Shown here: positions 50,499 through 59,705 of the stretch, in pieces
Position numbering within the stretch: the stretch's first letter is position 1
How the letters are laid out: each line of letters starts with the position of its first letter
Source of the DNA: Microcoleus sp.
GTDB lineage: Bacteria; Cyanobacteriota; Cyanobacteriia; Cyanobacteriales; Microcoleaceae
Direction of reading: 5' to 3'
Length of the DNA: 64,000 bases
Assembly: GCA_052279835.1 (NCBI GenBank)
Contig: CP181291.1
Coordinates: 4,384,001-4,448,000, forward strand
Made by a program: the position numbers and the translations under genes
Notes under the pieces: generated by a model
What the model saw: the letters and a program-made list of their open reading frames with translations, nothing else
Told to the model about the DNA's origin: nothing
The model's database searches: none

Positions 50499-52244
50499 TT
50501 AAACCTTAGCCTCAACCCAAACTGTCAGCCCTTCAACCCTCAAACCTTTGCCGCGACTGCCGCAATATTGGCCGTTAGAAGCTGTGGGAGTATCGCCGAT
50601 ATTCTGAATGTGAGCACTGTAAAGTACGTTGTATTTATCAGCCTCGGCCCCCGTTAGCCGCACCGCAAATCCTTCAATCCGCTTAGCTTTCCCCCGGAAT
50701 CCTGCTAACTCTCCTTCTTCGATCCAAGCGGTATCGCCAACACCTTCGACGTGGGCCATGTACTGCAATTTGAGACCGGCGACGGGAGGGTCTATTTTAA
50801 TCTGAAACCCTTCGACGCGACGCTTTTGAGCGCGAGTGCCGGCATATTCTCGATCGCTAAAAGTGCGATCGCCAATTCCTTGAATATGTGTTAACACTTT
50901 TAAGCTGAGTGGTTGGGCTGGTTGAGCCTTGGCTGATGGCACAACCCAAACTCTGATACCTTCTACTCTCAATGCTTTCCCGCGAGTGCCACAATATTCG
51001 CCGTTGGAGGCTACTTTGGTGTCGCCGATATTCTGAATGTGAGCATTGTAAAATATGTCGTATTTACTAGCTTCGTCCCCGCTCAATCGCAGAGCAAATC
51101 CTTCAATTCGTTTCCCTTTACCCCGGAAACCTGCTAATTCCTGTTCGCTCACCCAAGCAGTGTCGCCGACACCTTCAACGTGAGCCATATACTCGACTTT
51201 TAAGCCGGGAATTGCTGGCTCTAAATTCACTTGAAATCCTTCGACGCGCCGCCCTTGAGCTTTGGTTCCTGCGTATTGTTGAGAACCAAAAGTGCGATCG
51301 CCAATTCCCTGAATGTGCACCAAAACTTTTAATGCCAAAGCCCCCTCTACGGGCGCTGGTGAAGCCCCTGTCGGTGCCCCAAAGACAATGTTCCCGGAGC
51401 TTTTTGTCTGGATAGATTTAGGCATTTCCATGCTGGGAACAATAATCACTTCGTGCATGGGGGCTGAGGGCGCAGGTGATTCCAAAATTTTGATATCTGG
51501 CACCACTGCAACTTGTTTCGGGGGCGCGACCTTTCCCGACGGGATGACGATGACTTCTGGTAATGGTTCAGCCACTGCTGCTGGTACGGGTTTAACTGTG
51601 GCTGGTGCGGCTATTTGAGGGGCGATTTGTGTTTCGGTAACGGTCAATTTACCTCTGGAAATGGCAACAGCTATTTGTTTACCAAAGGCGGCGCTGACGG
51701 TTTCTTCCAGGATGACCCACTGTTCGTCATCTAGTTTATCTTGTTGTTCGACGAGGGCGAGCACTGCCGCCACTGGGTGTTTGCCGCTGACTAAGGATTC
51801 TGCATCGGAGTGCAGTTGGGTTGGGGTTGATTCGGCAATGGCGCGCTGAAGCTCGCGGGCTTTACTATGTACTGATTGTAGTGGCCCAAAGTCGCTTTGT
51901 TCCCGGTGGGCGATCGCTAATACTCGATCGATCACTGTTAGGGCTTGGGAGCGAATTTCTGCTTTCCCTTCAGAAGCTGCAAGCGTCTGGACTAAGTTTT
52001 GAATTTCTTGGAGGGAGGTAATTTCTCCAGGTACTAGAGCACTGTTGCTGAGTTCGAGAGCTTGTTTTTGGACGACGGAAAAATTGCGGCTGTAACTCAC
52101 TATTTCTTGCAGCAAGTTTTCTGACGGAGGAAGACCGGATTGTTGGAGTTGTTTGGCGGAGTGTGCGAGTCGATCGGCCAAATTAGGATAGGTTTCCGAT
52201 AGTCCGGCTATTTGTTGTAGCAAATCTTTATGAGTTGGTTCCAT
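50499..52244 (-). CDS. Helical N-domain + two ChW-like (clostridial hydrophobic-W) repeat domains
   Basis: Repeated YxAHxQxIGD..GTRGxxxRVEG units; likely start MEPTHK. Confidence 0.75.
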   Translation of the reverse strand: MEPTHKDLLQQIAGLSETYPNLADRLAHSAKQLQQSGLPPSENLLQEIVSYSRNFSVVQKQALELSNSALVPGEITSLQEIQNLVQTLAASEGKAEIRSQALTVIDRVLAIAHREQSDFGPLQSVHSKARELQRAIAESTPTQLHSDAESLVSGKHPVAAVLALVEQQDKLDDEQWVILEETVSAAFGKQIAVAISRGKLTVTETQIAPQIAAPATVKPVPAAVAEPLPEVIVIPSGKVAPPKQVAVVPDIKILESPAPSAPMHEVIIVPSMEMPKSIQTKSSGNIVFGAPTGASPAPVEGALALKVLVHIQGIGDRTFGSQQYAGTKAQGRRVEGFQVNLEPAIPGLKVEYMAHVEGVGDTAWVSEQELAGFRGKGKRIEGFALRLSGDEASKYDIFYNAHIQNIGDTKVASNGEYCGTRGKALRVEGIRVWVVPSAKAQPAQPLSLKVLTHIQGIGDRTFSDREYAGTRAQKRRVEGFQIKIDPPVAGLKLQYMAHVEGVGDTAWIEEGELAGFRGKAKRIEGFAVRLTGAEADKYNVLYSAHIQNIGDTPTASNGQYCGSRGKGLRVEGLTVWVEAKV

Positions 52245-52537
52245 AGTCTGTCGTAAATATTTAACTTGCTGATTATAGACGTTGAGTGTCCTTGAGAGTG
52301 CCACAGATAGAATGCCCAAGCACTTCTGGCTTCGGCGGAACCCAGATTTTTCTTGCCATCCCTCCTGGCTATTGTGATCGAAGTCACATCTAGCTCCACT
52401 GCTAGTCACAGTCTACAACTGTTGCAGTCACTGCATGAATACCACAATGTCACACTAACTAGACCTTAGCCGTCACCGTCAAATCCATCGCTATTGTTGA
52501 TACTAAAGCTACCCCAATGTTGAAAGCAATAAGTTTT

Positions 52538-52768
52538 ATGGTACTGATTCGCGACCTTGCCCAAGAAGCTATGACCATCGGCTATCTGACTATTGAAGCA
52601 GAAAATCTCTTGCGCCGGATGCTAACCACCACGACCTATGAATTAGAAGACTTAAATGCTTTTATGACTTTGCAGCTAGCAACTATGTCTGGAATGGTGA
52701 AACAAGAGTCTCGTGAATTGAGAGAATGTCAATACTTTACTGAAGTCGTATCTAAGACTTCCAATTAG
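52538..52768 (+). CDS. Small cyanobacterial hypothetical protein
   Basis: MVLIRDL..GYLTIEAE..EDLNAFMTLQLA..G.VKQES. Confidence 0.75.
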   Translation: MVLIRDLAQEAMTIGYLTIEAENLLRRMLTTTTYELEDLNAFMTLQLATMSGMVKQESRELRECQYFTEVVSKTSN

Positions 52769-52818
52769 TAATTAATCGACTGTTTGTACAATGATAATTA
52801 GTAAGGACTCTGGAAATT

Positions 52819-53031
52819 ATGGTGATTCGTGACGTTGTAAAAAAAGCTATTGCGGCGGGATATCTGACCTTGGAAGCCGAAAATGAAATAGAGCACGTTT
52901 TCTCGTCAGCGAAGTGCGACTTGGAAGATTTGAATGCTTTTATGAGTTTGCAGTTGGCGGCGATGGCTGGCCGTGTGAAGCAGCAGTCTTTGGAATCGAT
53001 CTACTTGCGGCAGAATTCTGAGCTAGGTTGA
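52819..53031 (+). CDS. Paralogue of 52538-52768
   Basis: MVIRDV..GYLTLEAE..EDLNAFMSLQLA..GRVKQQS. Confidence 0.75.
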   Translation: MVIRDVVKKAIAAGYLTLEAENEIEHVFSSAKCDLEDLNAFMSLQLAAMAGRVKQQSLESIYLRQNSELG

Positions 53032-53178
53032 AAAATTTGGCAATAGGTGGATAATATCAGTTCGCTTACGCAGTCTGGGAAAGCGAGCTCGATACAATGT
53101 CGCCCGCTTTCACACAATCTGGGTGTCAACTGAAACAGTTGACACGATCCAATCGCAAAATTAACTACTTATCTGTAC

Positions 53179-53397
53179 TCAGTCGATCGAGATTGACTGA
53201 GGTCCGTTACTTGAGGGGTTACTGGTTTCGCTGGCGGGTGGTGTGTAGGAAGTTGAACCCGCTTGCTCATCAATCCAGCTTTTAACTGGGTCTTCCTGAA
53301 GATTAAGTCGTAGCAGGCCCGACACAAATCCGCCCGTAAATGCGATCGGCTGTTGGAACAATTCTTTGACTACCGGGATGAGTTCGTCGAGGAACAT
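53179..53397 (-). CDS. Conserved small cyanobacterial hypothetical protein
   Basis: QPIAFTGGFVSGLLRLNLQEDPVKSW..GPQSISID; AGGAG RBS. Confidence 0.75.
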   Translation of the reverse strand: MFLDELIPVVKELFQQPIAFTGGFVSGLLRLNLQEDPVKSWIDEQAGSTSYTPPASETSNPSSNGPQSISID

Positions 53398-53532
53398 TCA
53401 AGATTCTCCTTGTGCTACTGGGGTGATACTGTTAATTAATCTTAACTGTTTTTGATAAAAGTTAAATAATGTAGTAAGTTCTAGCCTATTCGGGTTATAC
53501 CTTCTGCTCTCTCAATTTCCTAGAAAAATTTT

Positions 53533-54321
53533 ATGTGCCGTTTGCTTGGCTATCTCGGCGGGCCGATTTTACTCGATTCTCTTCTGTACAAGCCGGAACA
53601 TTCCTTAATTGTGCAGAGTTACCAACCCCGCGAAATGACTTCAGGTCTACTCAATGCTGACGGTTTTGGCATTGGTTGGTATCACTCCCACCTAGATACG
53701 GACCCGTTTGTCTATAAAAATATACAACCAATTTGGAGCGACATTAACCTTCCGAGTATCAGTAGATACGTGGAATCAGGATGTGCTCTAGCCTATGTTC
53801 GCAGTGCAACGGTGGGACAAGCTGTGGATTTGAGCAACTGTCAGCCTTTTGGGTACAACCGTCTCATGTTTGTTCACAATGGCTTTGTGAAGAATTTTCG
53901 GCAAAGTCTTTACAGACCAATTCGCGATCGCCTCAACGATGCCACCTATCAATTAATTAATGGTACTACAGATTCCGAGCATATTTTTTGTCTGTTTGTC
54001 AATGAATTGACAGCGCCAAATATGACTATAGAAGTGGCTTTGCAAAATGCACTAACAACTTTGGCAGAACTAGCCAACTTCCATGAAGTAGAATTTTCAG
54101 CTAATATAATTATCAGCGATGGAAAGCAGTTAGTTGCCTCTCGCTTTGCTTCCAAAAAGGCTCCTCCCTCCCTCTATTGGCTGCGGGACGACCCGAATTT
54201 TCCAGAAGCGGTGATTATTGCTTCCGAACCTTTATTTATCGGCAATTGGCATCTGTGTCCACCACAAAGCATTATTAGTACGGGAAAAGACGGTGATCTC
54301 AAAATCAATTCTATCTTGTAG
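53533..54321 (+). CDS. egtC: Ergothioneine biosynthesis Ntn-hydrolase EgtC
   Basis: MCRLLGY, NADGFGIGWY, FVHNG, GTTDSE, IASEPL; gene context. Confidence 0.92.
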   Translation: MCRLLGYLGGPILLDSLLYKPEHSLIVQSYQPREMTSGLLNADGFGIGWYHSHLDTDPFVYKNIQPIWSDINLPSISRYVESGCALAYVRSATVGQAVDLSNCQPFGYNRLMFVHNGFVKNFRQSLYRPIRDRLNDATYQLINGTTDSEHIFCLFVNELTAPNMTIEVALQNALTTLAELANFHEVEFSANIIISDGKQLVASRFASKKAPPSLYWLRDDPNFPEAVIIASEPLFIGNWHLCPPQSIISTGKDGDLKINSIL

Positions 54322-55528
54322 AGAGGCTATTTATCGAGATTTGCAACAGTGTCGTCGCGGCACTTTCGAGCTATTTTCAGGGATGGATTACGATACTTTC
54401 TGTAGGCAAATTCATCCAGAATTTAGTCCGGTTGGCTGGCATTTAGGTCACATTGCTTATACCGAGGATTTGTGGCTGTTGCAGAAATGTGGTAAATTTA
54501 AACCAGTATTTCCTAAGTATCACAAGCTGTTTGCTGCTGATATTTTACCGAAGCAAGAACGGGTTTATTTGCCAACAATTCCCGAAGTTGAATTATATCT
54601 GGATGCGGTCAGAAAAAAGGTGCTCGATTATTTGGAAATAGCGCCGATCGCACAGCAAGAGCGTCTGTGGCAATTTATTATTCAACATGAAAGTCAGCAC
54701 TGCGAAACTGTGGCTTTTTTGTTGCAAATGCAGCAGGAGAGGGGCGAGGGAGAGAGGGAGCGACCAATTGCCGATGAATTGCCAATGCCCAATTCAGCGA
54801 TTGAAATTCCGGCCGGGGAATTTTACATGGGAAGCGATCGCGTTGAAGCTTTGGATAATGAGCGATCGCGCCACCTATGCTATTTGGACAAATACTCGAT
54901 CGACCGCTATCCAGTTACTTGCGATCAATACCGCCATTTCATGGCATCTGACGGCTATCAAAACCCTCAGTGGTGGTCAGCAGAAGGTTGGAAATGGCTG
55001 CAATCTAATTTAGTCGATCGCCCGCTTTACTGGTCAGACAATCCCGCTAGGAACAACCACCCAGTTTGCGGTGTCAGTTGGTACGAAGCCCAAGCATACT
55101 GCAATTTCATCGGCAAGCGACTACCCACAGAATCCGAATGGGAAAAAGCAGCCAGTTGGGATGCAGTAAATCAAACTCAGCGCACCTATCCTTGGGGAGA
55201 AGAATTACCGAATTCATCCCTATGCAATCACGGCAATAAGATTGGGAATACAGCGCCCGTTGATAAATTTCCCCAGGGAGCCAGTAGCTTTGGTTGCTGT
55301 GATATGTTAGGCAATGTTTGGGAGTGGACAGCTTCCACTTTTGATGCTTATCCAGGATTTGAAAGTTATCCTTATACTGGCTATTCTCAAGCATATTTCG
55401 ATGGAGAACACCGAGTTTTAAAAGGTGGCAGTTGGGCGACTCATGCTCCATCCCTGCGATCGAGTTTTCGGAATTGGTATTATCCGGGAGTGCGACAAAT
55501 TATCGCTGGTTTTCGGTGCGCTCAATGA
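54293..55528 (+). CDS. egtB: Sulfoxide synthase EgtB (DinB + FGE-like)
   Basis: SPVGWHLGH, HESQHCE iron ligands, RLPTESEWEKAA, GNVWEW, SFRNW; probable GTG start overlapping egtC. Confidence 0.88.
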   Translation: MISKSILSCREAIYRDLQQCRRGTFELFSGMDYDTFCRQIHPEFSPVGWHLGHIAYTEDLWLLQKCGKFKPVFPKYHKLFAADILPKQERVYLPTIPEVELYLDAVRKKVLDYLEIAPIAQQERLWQFIIQHESQHCETVAFLLQMQQERGEGERERPIADELPMPNSAIEIPAGEFYMGSDRVEALDNERSRHLCYLDKYSIDRYPVTCDQYRHFMASDGYQNPQWWSAEGWKWLQSNLVDRPLYWSDNPARNNHPVCGVSWYEAQAYCNFIGKRLPTESEWEKAASWDAVNQTQRTYPWGEELPNSSLCNHGNKIGNTAPVDKFPQGASSFGCCDMLGNVWEWTASTFDAYPGFESYPYTGYSQAYFDGEHRVLKGGSWATHAPSLRSSFRNWYYPGVRQIIAGFRCAQ

Positions 55529-55665
55529 TTTTGGCTAATTGCTAAATAATGGGGCACAAATAAATGTAACCTAACAAAGAGCAGCAAGCCGGTTTATTTA
55601 AAAAAACCGGCTTTCTGGATGAGTGAATACGTGCTTTAGCCCTTTGTGCATCTAAAATTTACGCT

Positions 55666-56712
55666 ATGACATCCTCAAGACTGTCTGAAACTACAAATTC
55701 AGCCTCAACGAAGGAAAATCGCTTACACTTAGAGCGACTGGTGAGTGCGAAGGCACCGACAGCCACAGAAATCAATGCAGGCTGCGATGTAGTCAGCGGG
55801 TTGACTCAAAGCCCAAAATCCTTGCCTCCTAAGTATTTCTACGACGATCGCGGCTCGAACCTATTTGAGTTGATTTGTCAACTGCCAGAATATTACGTGA
55901 CACGTACTGAAGCGGCGATTTTGGCAGAATGTGCCGGGGCGATCGCCAATTTAACAGGCCCCTGTGAAATTGTCGAACTAGGTAGCGGTAGTTCCACCAA
56001 AACACGAATTCTCCTCGACGCTTACAGTCAACGGGAATATCCCCTGCATTATTTGCCAATAGACATCAGTCCCACCATCCTAGAAAGCAGCGCCTTTCAA
56101 CTGTTGGCAGAGTATCCATCACTCCAAATTCACGGACTTGTCAGCACCTACGAGTTAGCTTTGGCAAAAATTGCCCCATCGCCATTGCCAACCCGAATGA
56201 TTTGTTTTTTAGGTAGTACCCTTGGCAATCTTAGCCCTGAAGAATGCGATGTATTCTTCTCACAAATTGTCGGCGCATTGCAGCCTGGAGAGTATTTTTT
56301 GTTAGGCATTGACTTAGACAAATCTAAGGAGATTTTAGAGCCAGCCTATGATGACAGTCAAGGGGTGACGGCGGCATTTAATTTGAATATGCTGAGGCAT
56401 TTGAATCGGAAATATGAAGGAAATTTTGATTTGACACAGTTCGAGCACTGGGCATTTTACAATCAAGCAGAATGTCAAATAGAAATGCACTTGAAAAGCA
56501 AAAAAGCACAAACAGTCAACTTGCGCGCTCTCAATTTAACGGTTGAATTAGCAGCAGGAGAAACTATCAGAAGTGAAATTTCCCGCAAGTTCAAACTCCC
56601 TACTGTGCAGGAACAACTTGCGAGTCGCGGTTTAGCGCCTGTGCAAGTTTGGACCGATCCAAATCAGTGGTTTGGTTTGATACTTTGTCAGATGTCAGAT
56701 CTTAGTTGTTAG
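55666..56712 (+). CDS. egtD: L-histidine N-alpha-methyltransferase
   Basis: PKYFYDDRGS, LPEYYVTRTE, ELGSGSSTKT, FLGSTLGN, AYDDSQGVTAAFNLN, EISRKF. Confidence 0.95.
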   Translation: MTSSRLSETTNSASTKENRLHLERLVSAKAPTATEINAGCDVVSGLTQSPKSLPPKYFYDDRGSNLFELICQLPEYYVTRTEAAILAECAGAIANLTGPCEIVELGSGSSTKTRILLDAYSQREYPLHYLPIDISPTILESSAFQLLAEYPSLQIHGLVSTYELALAKIAPSPLPTRMICFLGSTLGNLSPEECDVFFSQIVGALQPGEYFLLGIDLDKSKEILEPAYDDSQGVTAAFNLNMLRHLNRKYEGNFDLTQFEHWAFYNQAECQIEMHLKSKKAQTVNLRALNLTVELAAGETIRSEISRKFKLPTVQEQLASRGLAPVQVWTDPNQWFGLILCQMSDLSC

Positions 56713-56790
56713 TTTGTTAGGAAACTTCCGGTCACTGAGCGTAGTCGAAGTGGACATTTAGACCCAACGACTCCGCTCAGGGTAACGCAA

Positions 56791-56991
56791 ATAACTAATA
56801 CCAATAACCAATAACCAATAATATCAATTCCTCTCTTCATCGGAATTATTTATTTCTCTCTGATCTCTCTGTGTTCTCTGTGTTCTCTGTGGTTAAATCA
56901 TTCCGATTCAACGGTCAACGATATAACAAATAACCAATAACAAATAACAAATAACCAATAACAAATAACCAATAACAACTAACCAGTAACA
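56791..56991. repeat. STRR arrays (AATAACC/AATAACA)n flanking a ctctgtgttctctgtggttaaat repeat
   Basis: Read directly; inner repeat is related to ~7440-7475. Confidence 0.8.
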
Positions 56992-57000
56992 AAGAAGAAA

Positions 57001-57612
57001 TTAACAAATTGGCTTCTGTCCTGGTTTGACAGCATGAATGTACTCGCTACCCGATGTTGGCCATCCCCGCTTGTAATAAGCCTCCTCCGGCTTCCCCCAG
57101 CCCAATTGCAACAATATTTCTAAAAAATCTAATTTTTCCCACTTCCAAAGATTCACCCATTCTGTGCGCTGGACGATCGCCTCTACATCCCTAGGCTCGA
57201 TCGAGCGAAAATCCTTGCCACTATTAATACTTAAATATAAATCCATGCCCACAGTTACTTGCCGCCAGAATGCCAACATCGTCGTCTTGGCTGCTTTTAG
57301 CGTGATCAAATCCACCGGTAAAGCAATTAATTCATCGTCCACGGCTGGATAATTAAGAGTTTTCCCTTTAACCGTCATTTCGCGCCAAACAATCCCAGAA
57401 ACTTGATGTTCCCGTTGATATTCGTGTATGGCTGCCTTAAAATTTTGATAAGCAGTGAACTTTTGGACGCCCTCAGATTTCAGAAAGCGATCGATCACCG
57501 GGTTTCCTGTAGAATGGGTTTCAGTCAAATTCAGACGCCGCCCGTGTAAGCAAGCTTGGCGTTCTGCTTCGAGGATGTTAATGAGTTCCGCCTGGGTGTA
57601 GATCTTGGACAT
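57001..57612 (-). CDS. Hypothetical protein
   Basis: 203-aa ORF with protein-like composition; no family recognised. Confidence 0.7.
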   Translation of the reverse strand: MSKIYTQAELINILEAERQACLHGRRLNLTETHSTGNPVIDRFLKSEGVQKFTAYQNFKAAIHEYQREHQVSGIVWREMTVKGKTLNYPAVDDELIALPVDLITLKAAKTTMLAFWRQVTVGMDLYLSINSGKDFRSIEPRDVEAIVQRTEWVNLWKWEKLDFLEILLQLGWGKPEEAYYKRGWPTSGSEYIHAVKPGQKPIC

Positions 57613-57860
57613 CTTTAATTAAGGCAAAATCAATATTTCCCGTGGTTAATTCTTTTGATATCTCAAATATAAAAGGGCCTAGGACTGCAACCGTACTCTG
57701 TACGTTCTATTATGTGGACAATTTTGATAGTTTGTCGAGATCTGGGATAATTCCGGTGAGATAGACCAAACAGCCTGTTGAAAACACGCTGCTTGGAAGA
57801 TGTCTAATGGCTGTCAACCACCAAAACTCAAATTTTCAGTTCCAGTTTCAGTTTCACAGC

Positions 57861-58169
57861 TTAGTAGCGTCGTGAGGAGCGATTGTTGTCGCCCCAGCCA
57901 CCGCCACCTGATGAGCGTTTGTTATCTTCGCGAGGCTTGGCTTTGTTGACTTTCAAGTCGCGGCCCATCCATTCAGCACCGTCTAAAGCTGCGATCGCTG
58001 CTGCTTCTTCGGCCTCGCTGGACATTTCCACGAAAGCAAAACCCCGCATCCGACCTGTTTCCCGGTCCATAGGGACTTGGACGCGACTGACAGTACCGTA
58101 CTCGGCAAATACTTCATTGAGGTCCTCTGACGTTACCTCGTAGGAAAGATTACCAACGTAAATCGACAT
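57861..58169 (-). CDS. RRM RNA-binding protein (Rbp family)
   Basis: MSIYVGNLSY (RNP2), RGFAFVEM (RNP1), Gly-rich tail. Confidence 0.95.
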   Translation of the reverse strand: MSIYVGNLSYEVTSEDLNEVFAEYGTVSRVQVPMDRETGRMRGFAFVEMSSEAEEAAAIAALDGAEWMGRDLKVNKAKPREDNKRSSGGGGWGDNNRSSRRY

Positions 58170-58255
58170 AAAATCTCCAGAATCTTTAGGGTGCAGAGAG
58201 TTAGATTCGGAGAGATGCTTGTAAATCAAGAGCAACAAACTACACAACCGAATTT
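58170..58255 (-). promoter_or_regulatory. Conserved rbp 5' leader
   Basis: Minus strand has TTCGGT..TCTCCGAA..TCTGGAGA, resembling boxes described for cyanobacterial cold-induced rbp leaders. Confidence 0.55.
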
Positions 58256-58333
58256 AATTCTTGAGCCACCACTATAACATGAAGATAGCAGAATCAGCAA
58301 TTATCGACTTGAGATTTTAGATTTAATATCAAA

Positions 58334-59122
58334 TTAAATGCCAGCAATGGCGACCCAGAAATAATTTTCAAAAGATTTTTTCGGCAGATCTACGCGCATT
58401 TTTTTACCCCAACTATAGACATCAAAGCTGACGCGCTCTCGATCGGAATTAGCTAAATTCCCAGTAGGAATTGTCATATTTCCTAACAAAGCAACCCAAT
58501 GACTGGGATAAGGTATCAGAGGTGGATTATTTCCTAACATTCCTTCAGCAGTAATTAAAGCAAAAGCAAAGCCGCCTGATTTAATCGCTTCATCGGCGGC
58601 CCGCAGCGCTGGAATGTCGCCACTAAAATAAGCGTAATGAGATTTTACATCCCGACTTCCCAAAATTTCTCGCGCCCATCCAGCCATTTCCCAAGATTTA
58701 GTCATCCCACTAATATTACGAATAATTTCTGGAGCATTTGGTTCGACTGGAAATATCAAATTGGCGGATTCCCGCAGTGTTGATAATAGCATCCAATCAA
58801 CTTGAGGCATCCGCAAGTTTCCTTTGCTTTGTCGCAGGGGGATGGAGGGATAAATCGATCGCATAGATTTAGTCTGCAAACTGCCTATTTCAAAAAGATG
58901 GCGGCAAATTTCGACGTAGCGAAGAGGGTTTTGGTGAAGCAGCGTAAATGCTACGGCTGCGGGTCCACAAAAAGGTTGTCCGCTTTGATTGATTTGGAAA
59001 GGGTTTTGGATGCGATCGCGCATTTCTGCGATGATTTGGGTTTTATTCAAACCTGCCCAAACTCCGGAAATCTGGGAGCGTTCAAATTCAGAAATTGCTG
59101 CATCTACTTTCTGTGATTCCAT
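58334..59122 (-). CDS. Hypothetical protein, possible papain-like fold
   Basis: NQSGQPFCGPAA, SHWVAL, VYSWG. Confidence 0.7.
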   Translation of the reverse strand: MESQKVDAAISEFERSQISGVWAGLNKTQIIAEMRDRIQNPFQINQSGQPFCGPAAVAFTLLHQNPLRYVEICRHLFEIGSLQTKSMRSIYPSIPLRQSKGNLRMPQVDWMLLSTLRESANLIFPVEPNAPEIIRNISGMTKSWEMAGWAREILGSRDVKSHYAYFSGDIPALRAADEAIKSGGFAFALITAEGMLGNNPPLIPYPSHWVALLGNMTIPTGNLANSDRERVSFDVYSWGKKMRVDLPKKSFENYFWVAIAGI

Positions 59123-59223
59123 TTATTAGTTATAACCAGAGATTTACTGCGGTCATGCTTCGCCTATGCAAAATCGGGATGCTCCCCACTCACCCCAAGA
59201 GGCGGAAATTTAGGAAGGATGAA

Positions 59224-59691
59224 TTAATTTGTTTCCTGTGTTTGAAAAATCTGTAATTCTTGGCATTTATCTAAAGCCAACATATAAGCGGTTTGATAAT
59301 CGGTACCGCCTAACATCAAATCTCCGTAATATTCATAGGGTACATCTCCATAAACTGGCAGCGGATCGTCGAGAGGGTAATCTTCCTTTGACTCTTCTAA
59401 AATTGCGGTCAATTCTTTGATAGTCAGACTTTGGGCGGGAAAATAGTAAAGGTTTTCAGCAGTAACGCCAAGGTGCACGAAGGTTGGGTCAACAATGCGA
59501 TCGCCCAATTCCAGCCAGCCATATTCCAGAGGTTGGTCGGAGATTGCAGGTATCACTAAAAAGCCTTGAACATAGATTGTACCCTCGATCGCTAAAGCTG
59601 CTCGATAAGCATTATCAAAGCATTTTTTAGGTTGACTTTTGATGCTAGTGGCAATTTCTTGGGAAAGCATCTCATCTAATATTTTTGTCAT
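59224..59691 (-). CDS. Hypothetical protein, possible degenerate transglutaminase-like fold
   Basis: CFDNA..YVQG..EYGW..IVDPT. Confidence 0.65.
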   Translation of the reverse strand: MTKILDEMLSQEIATSIKSQPKKCFDNAYRAALAIEGTIYVQGFLVIPAISDQPLEYGWLELGDRIVDPTFVHLGVTAENLYYFPAQSLTIKELTAILEESKEDYPLDDPLPVYGDVPYEYYGDLMLGGTDYQTAYMLALDKCQELQIFQTQETN

Positions 59692-59705
59692 TTTCTGCTG
59701 CTTAA

